A DNA stretch of 64,000 bases from Candidatus Bilamarchaeum sp. (GCA_035455205.1 DATIFM010000036.1:12152-76151); one strand, 5' to 3'; counted from the first letter of the stretch, positions 7,675 to 16,200 are shown. A program made the numbers and translations. The notes: generated from the letters alone by a model not told the origin.

Positions 7675-8528
7675 AAGAGGCGCTCCACTCGCTCGATGCA
7701 GTTCGAGAGGGCGTCGGCGAACTCGCCTGCGGACTGGTATCGCCTCGCCGGGTCCCGCGCAAGGGCGCGCATCACGGCATAGGACAGCGCAGGCTCGATT
7801 CCCGGAGCCGCGCGCGAAAGAGGAATGGGGTCCATCGTGCGGTGGGCGTGCATTATCCCCTCGTCGTTCGAGGGCCCGGTCGCATAGGGCGTGCTGCCCG
7901 AAAGATACATGTACGCAATCACTCCCAGCGAGAATATGTCGGCCCTTGCGTCAATCTTCGTGCCCGGGACTGTCTGCTCGGGGGCCATGAAGTCCGGCCG
8001 CCCCACGTGGCGGTCTGCGCCCAGGTCGGGCAGGCCCGGGACGTATGCGACGCCGAAATCGAGCACGCTGAGCATCTTCCTGTCCTGGCGCATCACGAGG
8101 TTAGCCGGGCATATGTCGCGGTGTATTATCCCCTGCCGGTGGGCCTCTGCGAGGGTTTGGCAGGCCGAGATTGTGAGCCTTACGACGCATGCCTCGCGCT
8201 CGTCGAGAATGTTATTGAGGTTGTAGCGAATCCCGCTCACGTATTCCATAGCGAGGTACGGCTCGTCCCCTTCGAGCGCGAAGCTTATCAATGAGGGAAT
8301 GCCGGGATGTTTCAGGCTCGAGAGCGCGGCGGCCTCTACGGCGAGGCTTGCCATTGTGCGCGGATTGGCCGGGTCCTTCGGACGCTTGAGGGCGGCCTTC
8401 TGCCTGAGGCTGATGTCGGCGGCGAGCTGGACCACGAAAGCCCCCTCGTTGCCGAGAATACGGCCAGGCCTGAAGCGGCCACCGACGGTAGCGACTAGGT
8501 CGGGGTGCGCTTTCATGGCCTGGCTCAT
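7671..8528 (-). CDS. Hanks-type Ser/Thr protein kinase, kinase domain only
   Basis: Gly-loop GNEGAF, AALK lysine, HRDICPANL catalytic loop, DFG and APE motifs are all present in order. 285 aa. Confidence 0.85.
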   Translation of the reverse strand: MSQAMKAHPDLVATVGGRFRPGRILGNEGAFVVQLAADISLRQKAALKRPKDPANPRTMASLAVEAAALSSLKHPGIPSLISFALEGDEPYLAMEYVSGIRYNLNNILDEREACVVRLTISACQTLAEAHRQGIIHRDICPANLVMRQDRKMLSVLDFGVAYVPGLPDLGADRHVGRPDFMAPEQTVPGTKIDARADIFSLGVIAYMYLSGSTPYATGPSNDEGIMHAHRTMDPIPLSRAAPGIEPALSYAVMRALARDPARRYQSAGEFADALSNCIERVERLF

Positions 8529-8571
8529 TACGATATTATGGCCGATAGGATTTTTATATCATGATATTTCA

Positions 8572-9726
8572 TTATCTAACACGTAAATTCGCCATTTTCT
8601 TGGCAACCATCACCGCGCCGAGCTCGCCGAAGCCCCGCTCGCGGATGACTTCGGCGTATTTCGACCGGCTTTCTGCGTCGAAGACGAATCCCGCGTTGGT
8701 GAGGTTCTCCACCCTCTTCGAGACGCGCTCGTGGCACTGGAGGAGGAACTCCGGACACTTCTTTCCCTCTTCGGAGAACCGCTTGCCGAGCTCGAGCCAG
8801 TATTTCATGCTCCCGACGTCGGCCCTGCGCTCGCTTTCAGTGTGACCCTTGTACGCGTCATAGAGGTCCATGAGGCTGAGGGAGAAGCGTTCCCTGAACT
8901 CTCCCAGCGCCTTCCGTTCCGTGAGGAGCGGGCCCCTTCCCCCGAGCACGAAATCGGTGACCGCTTTAGCGGTTTCCTCGTCGTGAGGATTCTGCAGGAG
9001 GTAGTATATCCAATAGACCCTCGCCGGGTGCTCGTAGTTGCTCTCGTGCCAGTCCCCGCTTATGAAAGGCATTCCTGGAAACAGCACTCTCCGGATTTGG
9101 GCCAGGTGCGGGTTGAAAGATTCGTGGTGGATCGCCGCATTCGATATGATGATGTCAAAGCTGTCATCGTCGAAATCCGCGAGCTTATCTACGCTTCCAT
9201 GAACCAGCCGGAGATTGAGCGAGCCTTCATAGGACGTCCCGCGAATGAATGATCTTATCCGCCCTTCCGCGGTTTCGAGCCTCTTTGCCGAGGGCTCGAG
9301 AAGAACGAGATTGCGGGTTTGGGCCTCTGAATCCCGATCCGTATCCAAAAATGCAAGTGAGGTGTCGCCAGCCCCTGCGCCTATGTCAAGGACACTCGGC
9401 CCGTCGAATCTTTCAATCAGCACCTCTGAAGCATACTGGCCTATTTTCGCATTCATCAGGGCGTTCGTGTCGGCCAGGCCCGCCTTCTCCGACGCTTCGG
9501 CTATCATGTGGTTCATCGAACCGTCTGTATCGGCCCATTCGACGCTGAATGCCTTTTTCGACTCGGAAACCAGCCAGTCGATGTTTTCGGGCGCGATTGT
9601 TATACCCCAGTTCGGATAGGAATAGGCATGCGTCCTCAAGAGGCTTCCAAGGCGCACCGGCGCCCAGTCCAATAAGCCCTGCGCGTCGGCATTCAGCTGC
9701 TCTATCTCAGAAATCTTCGTAAGCAA
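8572..9726 (-). CDS. class I SAM-dependent methyltransferase with long N- and C-terminal extensions
   Basis: VLDIGAGAGDTS (motif I) and IIISNAAIHH (post-II/III region). At 384 aa it is much longer than a minimal methyltransferase core. Confidence 0.7.
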   Translation of the reverse strand: MLTKISEIEQLNADAQGLLDWAPVRLGSLLRTHAYSYPNWGITIAPENIDWLVSESKKAFSVEWADTDGSMNHMIAEASEKAGLADTNALMNAKIGQYASEVLIERFDGPSVLDIGAGAGDTSLAFLDTDRDSEAQTRNLVLLEPSAKRLETAEGRIRSFIRGTSYEGSLNLRLVHGSVDKLADFDDDSFDIIISNAAIHHESFNPHLAQIRRVLFPGMPFISGDWHESNYEHPARVYWIYYLLQNPHDEETAKAVTDFVLGGRGPLLTERKALGEFRERFSLSLMDLYDAYKGHTESERRADVGSMKYWLELGKRFSEEGKKCPEFLLQCHERVSKRVENLTNAGFVFDAESRSKYAEVIRERGFGELGAVMVAKKMANLRVR

Positions 9727-9793
9727 TATCCCACCCGCAATGAGATTGTATCGAAGCGAATTAAAACCTAGTTTTTCAGGAATTCACACAATT

Positions 9794-9812
9794 GCAAACC
9801 CGGAGGGTTTGC
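9794..9812. terminator. conserved GC hairpin, copy 1 (GCAAACCC-GGA-GGGTTTGC), just downstream of the tRNA 3' end
   Basis: Perfect 8-bp stem with a 3-nt loop. On the minus strand it follows the TTTTT run (9821-9825) that trails the tRNA. Confidence 0.45.
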
Positions 9813-9825
9813 CAAATGACAAAAA

Positions 9826-10060
9826 TGGGCTCACCCAGGATCGAACTGGGGATCTTCGCTGTTCCGAACTTTTGGGAAAAGTTCGATCAAAACCGGTTGC
9901 TGATTTGCGCCGGAGGCGCAAATGTCTCAGACCGAAACCCGGAAGGGTTTCGCAACATCCCGGTTTTTGTCAAACTTTTTTCCAAAAAGTTTGTAAGAGC
10001 GACGTCTTAACCATTGCCGGCAATTGAACAGGGCAGTTCAAGGCACTCGACTATGAGCCC
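9826..10060 (-). tRNA. tRNA-Val (anticodon UAC) interrupted by two introns
   Basis: Minus strand reads GGGCTCA TA GTCG AGT[31 nt]TGGTTA AGAC G TCGCT CTTACA[about 130 nt]C AGCGA AGATC CCCAG TTCGATC CTGGG TGAGCCC A. Perfect 7-bp acceptor stem, 5-bp anticodon stem, canonical T-arm, A73, no encoded CCA. Approximate exons: 10060-10045, 10013-9992 and 9861-9826. Confidence 0.75.
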
Positions 10061-10072
10061 GGAATACATTAA

Positions 10073-10606
10073 CTAGCCCAAGTATGTTTTTATTACCTTT
10101 TTGCAGCTCCCGCAGAAGGCCGTGCCCTTGAAATCCACGTCCGCAACCGAGTTCGAGTACACCATGACGCATTTTTTGTCCTCGCAGTGCGGAAGGCCGA
10201 GCGTATGGCCTATCTCGTGTATGGCCTCCTTGAGGAGGCGCTCCTTGAAGAGCGCGCGGGCCTTCTCAGGGTCCTTGAGGGGCCCGTAGAACCTCGGGTC
10301 GAGCCTTGCCATGGAGACGATGCATGAGCGCCTTCCGGCCAGCCCGAAGACGAAATTGAGGTTCCCTGAAAAGATGTCCTCGCGGGTGATGAACAGGGTT
10401 ATGGCATCTTCGGAGCCGGCGATGCGCGCAAGCTCCCGGAGCAGGATGTCGGCGTGGTACTGCTTCCGGTCGCCCCTATATGAGCGCGTCAATGGGAAAT
10501 CAATCAGCTCGGTCCGGACCTGGTCCTTGAACTCCTTGGATATGCGGTCAGCGAACGCTCCGAATCCCGGGACCGTACGGCCCAGGAGAACGATGGAGAT
10601 TTTCAT
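10073..10606 (-). CDS. amzA: archaemetzincin
   Basis: HEIGHTLGLPHCEDKKCVM...CGSC matches the archaemetzincin signature HExxHxxGxxHCxxxxCxM...CxxC. The start is more likely MKISIVLLG at 10606 than the track start at 10663. Confidence 0.9.
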   Translation of the reverse strand: MKISIVLLGRTVPGFGAFADRISKEFKDQVRTELIDFPLTRSYRGDRKQYHADILLRELARIAGSEDAITLFITREDIFSGNLNFVFGLAGRRSCIVSMARLDPRFYGPLKDPEKARALFKERLLKEAIHEIGHTLGLPHCEDKKCVMVYSNSVADVDFKGTAFCGSCKKVIKTYLG

Positions 10607-10675
10607 AAAAAGGATAGGAAGAGAAAAATAAAGAATACCACATTTTGTTGAAACTCTTGGCATGAGCCAAAAGTT

Positions 10676-12055
10676 TCAGACATTGAAGTACTTGTTCAGC
10701 TCGAATCCGGTGATGCCCTTCATCGACTCGGTGTGCTGCTTCATCTTCATGTCGAGGTAGTCGCCGAGGAGCTCGCTCGGTACGACGCCCTTTATGAACG
10801 CCGTGTCGCTCTCGAGCGAGGCGATTGCCTCGTAGAGCGAAGTGGGCAGGGACTTCTCGACGCGCTTCTTCTTGCTGTCGGTCTCCACCGGGTCGCCGGG
10901 GTCGGCCTTCTTCTTGACGCCATCGAGGCCTGCCGCCGCGACGAGCGCGAATGCGAGGTACGGGTTGGCCGAGGGGTCCGCTCCCTGGTAGACGATGCGC
11001 TTGACCTCCTTGACGTTCTTCTTGCTTGAAGGGACAAAAACGAGGGAGTTCTTGTCGGTCGCGCTCCAGCCGACCTTGTATTCGGCTGCCGCGAGCCTGC
11101 GGTAGGAGTTCGGGACCGGGCATGTGAAGAGCGAAAGCGCGGATGCGTGCTCGAGGAGCCCTCCGACGAAGTAGCGGCCGCTCTGGCTCAGCTGGCCGTA
11201 GGCTTCCTTCCCTTCGTAGAAGATATTCTGCTCGCTGGTCTTCCAGAGGCTGAGCGCTATCGAGAGCGAGTTTCCGGCTTCGCCTTCGACCGGGTACGGC
11301 ATGAATGTTGCCGAGGCGTTCACCGCAGTCGCGAGGTTCTTCGTGATGAATTTCAGCGTGTTCACCGCGTCGCCCGAGGACTTGAGGCCGCGAGGAGCGA
11401 GTTCGAACGTCTGCTGGGCGGTCGGGGAGCGCCCGTGCCTGTGCGAGTCCACGAGGACGCCGAAGCTGTCCTCGAGGCTCTCGGATATCTGAGTCCGGGC
11501 CGAGTACATGGAGTCGTACGGGGTAGCTACGAACGCGCCGCTTGTGGTGTTCGAAAGGGGCGATGGTCCCCACCTGGCTTCCCTTGAGTCCATGAGCAGG
11601 CCGGTCCCCCTGCCGGTGTTCGTCTTGTCCGAGGTGGTGGTGTCGAATATGTAGCAGTCCACTTCGGTCCCGACGAGGGCGTTCTTTATGCCGGCCGCGC
11701 CGAGGTTCGTCTCCATCCTGTCCGCGACATAGCGGGGGTCCTTGAGGAACCGCTCCTTCTTGCCCGCGACGAGGATGTCGCACACCAGCCTGACGGTCGC
11801 CGGCTCCCACGGGAGCCTCGCGAGAGTGTCCGGATCCGGAAGCAGGACGAGGTCGCCCTGCTCGCTCTTGCCGAAGACGTCCGAGAGGTCGGCGACATAC
11901 ATGCCGTTTCCGAAGGATGCCTCCTCGAGCTTCCTGTTCGATACGCTTACGCGGTGGAGCTGGCCCCGGATGTCATAGAACTGGAGGTCAATCCATCTTA
12001 TCTCGTTTGTAGCGATATATTTCATTACGTCATCTATTGCCGACAAAAATATCAC
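10676..12055 (-). CDS. glutamine synthetase (type I) homolog with degenerate active site
   Basis: Collinear with GlnA (IRWIDLQFYD, DPR, ATFMP, NSYRRL, ADPSANPYLAFALVAAAGLDG). Signature positions are replaced: FDGSS becomes YVADL, KP...GSGMH becomes YP...GNSLS, NRS..IRIP becomes DKNSLVFVP, and RVEVR becomes RIVYQ. Confidence 0.8.
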   Translation of the reverse strand: MIFLSAIDDVMKYIATNEIRWIDLQFYDIRGQLHRVSVSNRKLEEASFGNGMYVADLSDVFGKSEQGDLVLLPDPDTLARLPWEPATVRLVCDILVAGKKERFLKDPRYVADRMETNLGAAGIKNALVGTEVDCYIFDTTTSDKTNTGRGTGLLMDSREARWGPSPLSNTTSGAFVATPYDSMYSARTQISESLEDSFGVLVDSHRHGRSPTAQQTFELAPRGLKSSGDAVNTLKFITKNLATAVNASATFMPYPVEGEAGNSLSIALSLWKTSEQNIFYEGKEAYGQLSQSGRYFVGGLLEHASALSLFTCPVPNSYRRLAAAEYKVGWSATDKNSLVFVPSSKKNVKEVKRIVYQGADPSANPYLAFALVAAAGLDGVKKKADPGDPVETDSKKKRVEKSLPTSLYEAIASLESDTAFIKGVVPSELLGDYLDMKMKQHTESMKGITGFELNKYFNV

Positions 12056-12103
12056 CTCAAGATGCTAGTTCTACCCCATAAAAGGAATAAATAGGTTTCG
12101 AAA

Positions 12104-13453
12104 TTGGCCGGCGATTCGTATAAAAGGCCCGGCGGGGAAATTGGGACGGAGATTCCAGTGTTCGGCACCTCAGGCATCAGGGGCATCTACGGAAAGGACG
12201 TCACCGAGGCGCTCGCCCGCAAAATCTCGGCGGTTTTCGCCGGGGACAGGCTCGTCCTCGGGATGGACATACGTGAGAGCGGGCCTCCCCTTTCCCGGGC
12301 GGTGGCCGAGGGTGCCGCCATGATGGGGGCGGATGTAATCAGCTGCGGGATAGTCCCGACGCCGACCCTCGCCCTCGCGACGAAAAGGCACTCATGCCGC
12401 GGCATAATGGTCACGGCGAGCCACAACCCGCCGGAGTATAACGGCCTCAAGCTCATCGAGGGCGGAAAGGAGATAGGGAAGGCTGAGGAGGCTGCGGTCG
12501 TAAAAAAGTACGGGGAGCCGCTCGAGCCCGGTCCCGGCGGGGGCGGGTTTTTCCACGACGAGGCCACGGGGCGCCACAAGGAGCTCGCTTCGGGAATGGT
12601 CGACGCGGCCCGCATCGCGAAAAAGGCGCCAAAGATAATCGTCGACTGCAACGGCGCGGGGGCGGCGATAACGCCGTTCCTCCTGACTGACCTCGGGTGC
12701 CGCGTGGTCTCCGTGAATTCGTCCATGCTGTGCTTCAACCGCGAGTCCGAGCCGGGGCTGGAGAGCCTGGGGTACCTTCCGGGCCTCATAAAAGCCTCGG
12801 GCGCGGATTTCGCGATAGCCCATGACGGCGACGGGGACAGGTGCATAGTCTTCGACGAGGCCGGGGAGATGCTCCCCCTGGATGTCCAGCTCGCCATAAT
12901 GATTGAGCATGAGCTCAAATCCGGCCGGAAGCGCATCGTCTCGACAGTCGAGTCCTCGCTGGTCATACGCGAGGTCGTGGAAAAGGCAGGGGGTAAGATA
13001 GACATCACGCCGGTCGGGAGCACCTACGTCGGCGACAGGCTCGAGGAAAGCGGCGCGGACTTCGGCGGCGAGCCGGCAGGCGAGTATATTTACAAGGCGG
13101 GCGTGCACGTTCCCGACGCGGTCGTGGCCGCGGCGAAGTTCGCCGAGATATTCTCCGAAGAAGGGAAGTTCTCCCTCATCCGCAGGAAATACCGGACCAA
13201 TACGATGGTCAGGGAGAAGTTCCCGGCCCAAGACAAGCTTGGCGCCATCGAAAAAATCCGGGGGGAAGTCCGGGTGAGGGGGCAAGTGCGCAACGACGAC
13301 GGAATCCGCGTGGATGAGGAGGACGGATGGTTCCTGATTCGGGCATCGGGCACGGAGCCGATAATACGCCTGACAATGGAATACAGGGACAAGGGAAAGG
13401 CCGGGGTCAGGAAGGCCGAGCTCTCGGCCCTCATAAAAAAATTCACTTCTTAG
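12104..13453 (+). CDS. phosphoglucosamine mutase / phosphomannomutase family (alpha-D-phosphohexomutase)
   Basis: FGTSGIRG, active-site TASHNPPEYNGLK and metal loop AHDGDGDR. TTG start in the track; sugar specificity cannot be told from motifs. Confidence 0.85.
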   Translation: MAGDSYKRPGGEIGTEIPVFGTSGIRGIYGKDVTEALARKISAVFAGDRLVLGMDIRESGPPLSRAVAEGAAMMGADVISCGIVPTPTLALATKRHSCRGIMVTASHNPPEYNGLKLIEGGKEIGKAEEAAVVKKYGEPLEPGPGGGGFFHDEATGRHKELASGMVDAARIAKKAPKIIVDCNGAGAAITPFLLTDLGCRVVSVNSSMLCFNRESEPGLESLGYLPGLIKASGADFAIAHDGDGDRCIVFDEAGEMLPLDVQLAIMIEHELKSGRKRIVSTVESSLVIREVVEKAGGKIDITPVGSTYVGDRLEESGADFGGEPAGEYIYKAGVHVPDAVVAAAKFAEIFSEEGKFSLIRRKYRTNTMVREKFPAQDKLGAIEKIRGEVRVRGQVRNDDGIRVDEEDGWFLIRASGTEPIIRLTMEYRDKGKAGVRKAELSALIKKFTS

Positions 13454-13769
13454 GCTTTTCGCGGGCGTCCACGAAGAGGCTGAAGTCGCATCTTTTGGCG
13501 TAGGCGTGCATCGCATGCATGGATTTTTCGAGGTAGGATTCGGTCGTGGTCACTGTCATCTCGACAAAAGGCTCGCGCCGGAACTGCTTCGCGCTTACCT
13601 CGGAGTATTTGACCGTGGTCCCGTTGCGAAGCCGGACGTCAAGGGAGCCGTTTTCGCCGGGAGTCACCGAAGCCGCGCGCCTCCGGAAGTATTTGCGCAT
13701 CCGGGCGCGGATGCGCTCGGCAGCGGGGCTATAGCCGGATATCACGACGTTGAAGGTCTTCTCTTCCAT
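13443..13769 (-). CDS. hypothetical protein (108 aa)
   Basis: Longest ORF in this span with a balanced, protein-like composition. No motif recognised. Its 3' end overlaps the mutase 3' end by 11 nt. Confidence 0.4.
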   Translation of the reverse strand: MEEKTFNVVISGYSPAAERIRARMRKYFRRRAASVTPGENGSLDVRLRNGTTVKYSEVSAKQFRREPFVEMTVTTTESYLEKSMHAMHAYAKRCDFSLFVDAREKPKK

Positions 13770-13775
13770 CCTGAT

Positions 13776-14336
13776 TCACCTGATTGAAACACTATAAAAA
13801 GCTGCACATGGAACCGGCAGCGGAAGCGGGGCGTGTATGAAAACCGGCTCCCTGGGCCTGCCAAGCCTCGAGAACGCCACCGCTTCGTCGAGCTCATCTT
13901 GCGCGAGCGGAATCCGGGAAGCGCTCAAATGGTATGCGGCCATTGACCGCTGCGGGCTTTCCGGGCCGAGGGCGACAATGTCGCTCAGCGTCTCGATGGC
14001 GACGAGCACTGAGAGGGGGTTCCGGCAAAGGAGGAGCTCCCCCAGCTGGTCGATGCAGTTCGACCGGAACGAGAATGCGAGCAGGGAAGCCGGCGCGAAC
14101 GCCTCGTCGTAGTCTGAGGCGTTCTTGACCTCACGGAGGAGATAGGCCGTGTACCAGTCGGTGACGAGGTCGGATATTTTCTCGAAAAGCCGGAGCATCA
14201 GCGCGTCGCCGGCGCCGCACTCGCAGGATATGCAGTCCACGAGGGGCTCGTTTGCGGCCCCCACCATCTTGCGGAGGCGCGAAAGGGTCTCGCCCCTGCG
14301 CCCGAGCGGCGTGGCAGCTGTCCTGTAGGCATGCAT
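13776..14336 (-). CDS. hypothetical protein (186 aa)
   Basis: Uninterrupted ORF with helical-looking composition and a CISCEC cluster. No family recognised. Confidence 0.45.
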   Translation of the reverse strand: MHAYRTAATPLGRRGETLSRLRKMVGAANEPLVDCISCECGAGDALMLRLFEKISDLVTDWYTAYLLREVKNASDYDEAFAPASLLAFSFRSNCIDQLGELLLCRNPLSVLVAIETLSDIVALGPESPQRSMAAYHLSASRIPLAQDELDEAVAFSRLGRPREPVFIHAPLPLPVPCAAFYSVSIR

Positions 14337-14391
14337 GTTATAGAATAGGTCTCAAAATGTTTATATTGGTTGTCAAACGGGGGAAAAGGCG

Positions 14392-14811
14392 TCAATGGCC
14401 GGCCTGCAGGCGCCCCAGGGCGGTCATCGCATCGTCCTTCATAGAGTAGGGGACGAGGAGGTGGTCGTGGAAATACGCCGACACGGCATTCACGGGAATG
14501 GAGCGCGCGGCGAGCGCGGAGGAGATTCTGGCCAAAAAGCCCACGGCGAGGAGGTCGGATTTGACGTTCAGGGTGATGAGGGCGAAGGGGCCCTCGGCTT
14601 TCTTTTCCGAAAGCGCCCCCAGCTCCTCGAGAACACCCTCATCGAATACGACGCTCAAACCTTCGCCCTCGCGGAATATGCAGAGTATGCCGGAAAGGTA
14701 GTTCGCGAGCGCCATCATCTGCGACTCGTCGAAAGTGCCCATCCAGTATTTCCCTTCGGAAAGGGCCGGGTCCATGCCGCGAAGGAGCCTTTCCAGGTCT
14801 TTTTCGGCCAT
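14392..14811 (-). CDS. ACT-domain protein (ACT_7-like)
   Basis: C-terminal half FALITLNVKSDLLAVGFLARISSALAARSIPVNAVSAYFHDHLLVP resembles the ACT_7 family pattern. Confidence 0.55.
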   Translation of the reverse strand: MAEKDLERLLRGMDPALSEGKYWMGTFDESQMMALANYLSGILCIFREGEGLSVVFDEGVLEELGALSEKKAEGPFALITLNVKSDLLAVGFLARISSALAARSIPVNAVSAYFHDHLLVPYSMKDDAMTALGRLQAGH

Positions 14812-15360
14812 TTACAGCAGCTCTCCCCGGGCCTGCTCAATCTGGTGGCGCGCCGAGTCCTGCTTGCGCCTGAACTCGGGCAGGATTGAATTGGAGAAGC
14901 GCAAAGGGAGGAGCTCGTCGTATATCCCTTCCATCATAGAGAAGTAGAGCTCGGCATCCTCCTTCTTCCTCTTGCGGAGCGACTCGTACATCTCGCGCTT
15001 GAGCTCGCCTACGGCGTCGAGGAGGCCGGTGAGGTAGGGAATCTCCGGAACGCCCAGCTCGTCATACGAGGGGATGCGCTTTTCCTCTATCGCGCAGAGA
15101 ACTATCCTCGCCTCGGCGTATTCCTGGTAGACGTGGTCGACCTGCGCCGGGAAATCCGAGGCGTATTGCGCGAGCGCCTTCAGGCCGGCTTCGGCCTCGT
15201 CCAGGTGGGTCTTTGCCGACGGGTCGTGGGCGTGCATCGCCTTTATCGCGTTCGAGCACGAGCGCACGACTTTCCGGTTCTCGCTGAGCACGATGTCGAG
15301 CTTCTTTTCCTTTTCAGAGAATATCTCTTCGAGCTTTCTGACTCCCAGGTCGATTTTCAT
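14812..15360 (-). CDS. translin-family protein
   Basis: 182 aa, helical. YLTGLLDAVGELKRE and the C-terminal RRKQD region resemble archaeal translin-like proteins. Abuts the next gene with no spacer. Confidence 0.5.
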   Translation of the reverse strand: MKIDLGVRKLEEIFSEKEKKLDIVLSENRKVVRSCSNAIKAMHAHDPSAKTHLDEAEAGLKALAQYASDFPAQVDHVYQEYAEARIVLCAIEEKRIPSYDELGVPEIPYLTGLLDAVGELKREMYESLRKRKKEDAELYFSMMEGIYDELLPLRFSNSILPEFRRKQDSARHQIEQARGELL

Positions 15361-15402
15361 GGAAGGATGATGGGGGAAACCAAATTAAATATGAAACGAT
15401 GA

Positions 15403-16200
15403 ATGGAATGCATGGCTCTTGCTGATTTTCTCTGCTGCGCGCCCGCAGTGCTATTCGGGCTGCTTTTCTTCATCCCATTGTTCATCAGGGTCGTCTACGA
15501 CTACCAGAAGGGAGTAGTCCTCACGCTCGGGAAGTATTCGGGCATGAGGGGAAGCGGCATCCAGGTCCTGGTTCCGCTCATCCAGCAGATGAGGGTCGTG
15601 GACCTTCGCATACAGACCATCGACATCCCCAGGCAGGAAGTCCTCTCGAAGGACAACGTGAGCGCGCTCATAAACGCCGTCGTGTACTTCAAGATAGTCA
15701 ACCCCGAGGCCGCACTGTTCAACGTGCAGGACTACGGAGTGGCGGTATACCAGCACAGCCAGACCGCGATAAGGGACGTAGTAGGAAGCAGGACGCTCGA
15801 CCAGCTCCTGACCGACAGGAAGGCTATCGCCGAGTCGATTTCGCAGGCGGTCGAGAAGGACGCCCACGAATGGGGCCTGGACATCACGGGCATCAAGATA
15901 CAGGACATAGTCCTCCCCGACACCATGAAGAAGGCGATGGCGAGGCAGGCGCAGGCCGAGAGGGAGAAGCGCGCCTCGATAATAATCTCCGAGGGCGAGA
16001 GCATGGCGGCCGAGAAGCTCGGGCAGGCGGCTAAGATACTCAGCGAGTCGCCCGGGTCGCTCCACCTGCGCACACTGCAGATGATATCGAGCGTGTCGGC
16101 GGACAAGACGAACATCATGAACTTCATACTGCCGGTGGAGGGCATGCAGATTCCGACGAAAACCGGCACAGAGAAGCCGAAGAAGGCGAAGGAGGAGTGA
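15403..16200 (+). CDS. SPFH/band-7 (stomatin-like) membrane protein, paralog 1
   Basis: N-terminal TM followed by an SPFH core (VDLRIQTIDIPRQEVLSKDNV...) and the coiled segment AMARQAQAEREKRASIIISEGE. Confidence 0.85.
   Translation: MECMALADFLCCAPAVLFGLLFFIPLFIRVVYDYQKGVVLTLGKYSGMRGSGIQVLVPLIQQMRVVDLRIQTIDIPRQEVLSKDNVSALINAVVYFKIVNPEAALFNVQDYGVAVYQHSQTAIRDVVGSRTLDQLLTDRKAIAESISQAVEKDAHEWGLDITGIKIQDIVLPDTMKKAMARQAQAEREKRASIIISEGESMAAEKLGQAAKILSESPGSLHLRTLQMISSVSADKTNIMNFILPVEGMQIPTKTGTEKPKKAKEE

Noticed and set aside
9862-9991. A C/D-box sRNA hidden in the long tRNA intron, as in some haloarchaeal tRNA-Trp introns. CTGA lies at about 9928-9931 and TGATCGA at about 9883-9889.
   Set aside because: The box order and sequences do not fit (no RUGAUGA near the 5' end, no CUGA near the 3' end). 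The intron is instead accounted for by four hairpins and a long-range helix.
6970-10060. A genomic island integrated at the tRNA-Val gene (AlkD-like, kinase, methyltransferase).
   Set aside because: There is no integrase and no visible duplication of the tRNA 3' end as an att site. Composition by eye resembles the surroundings.
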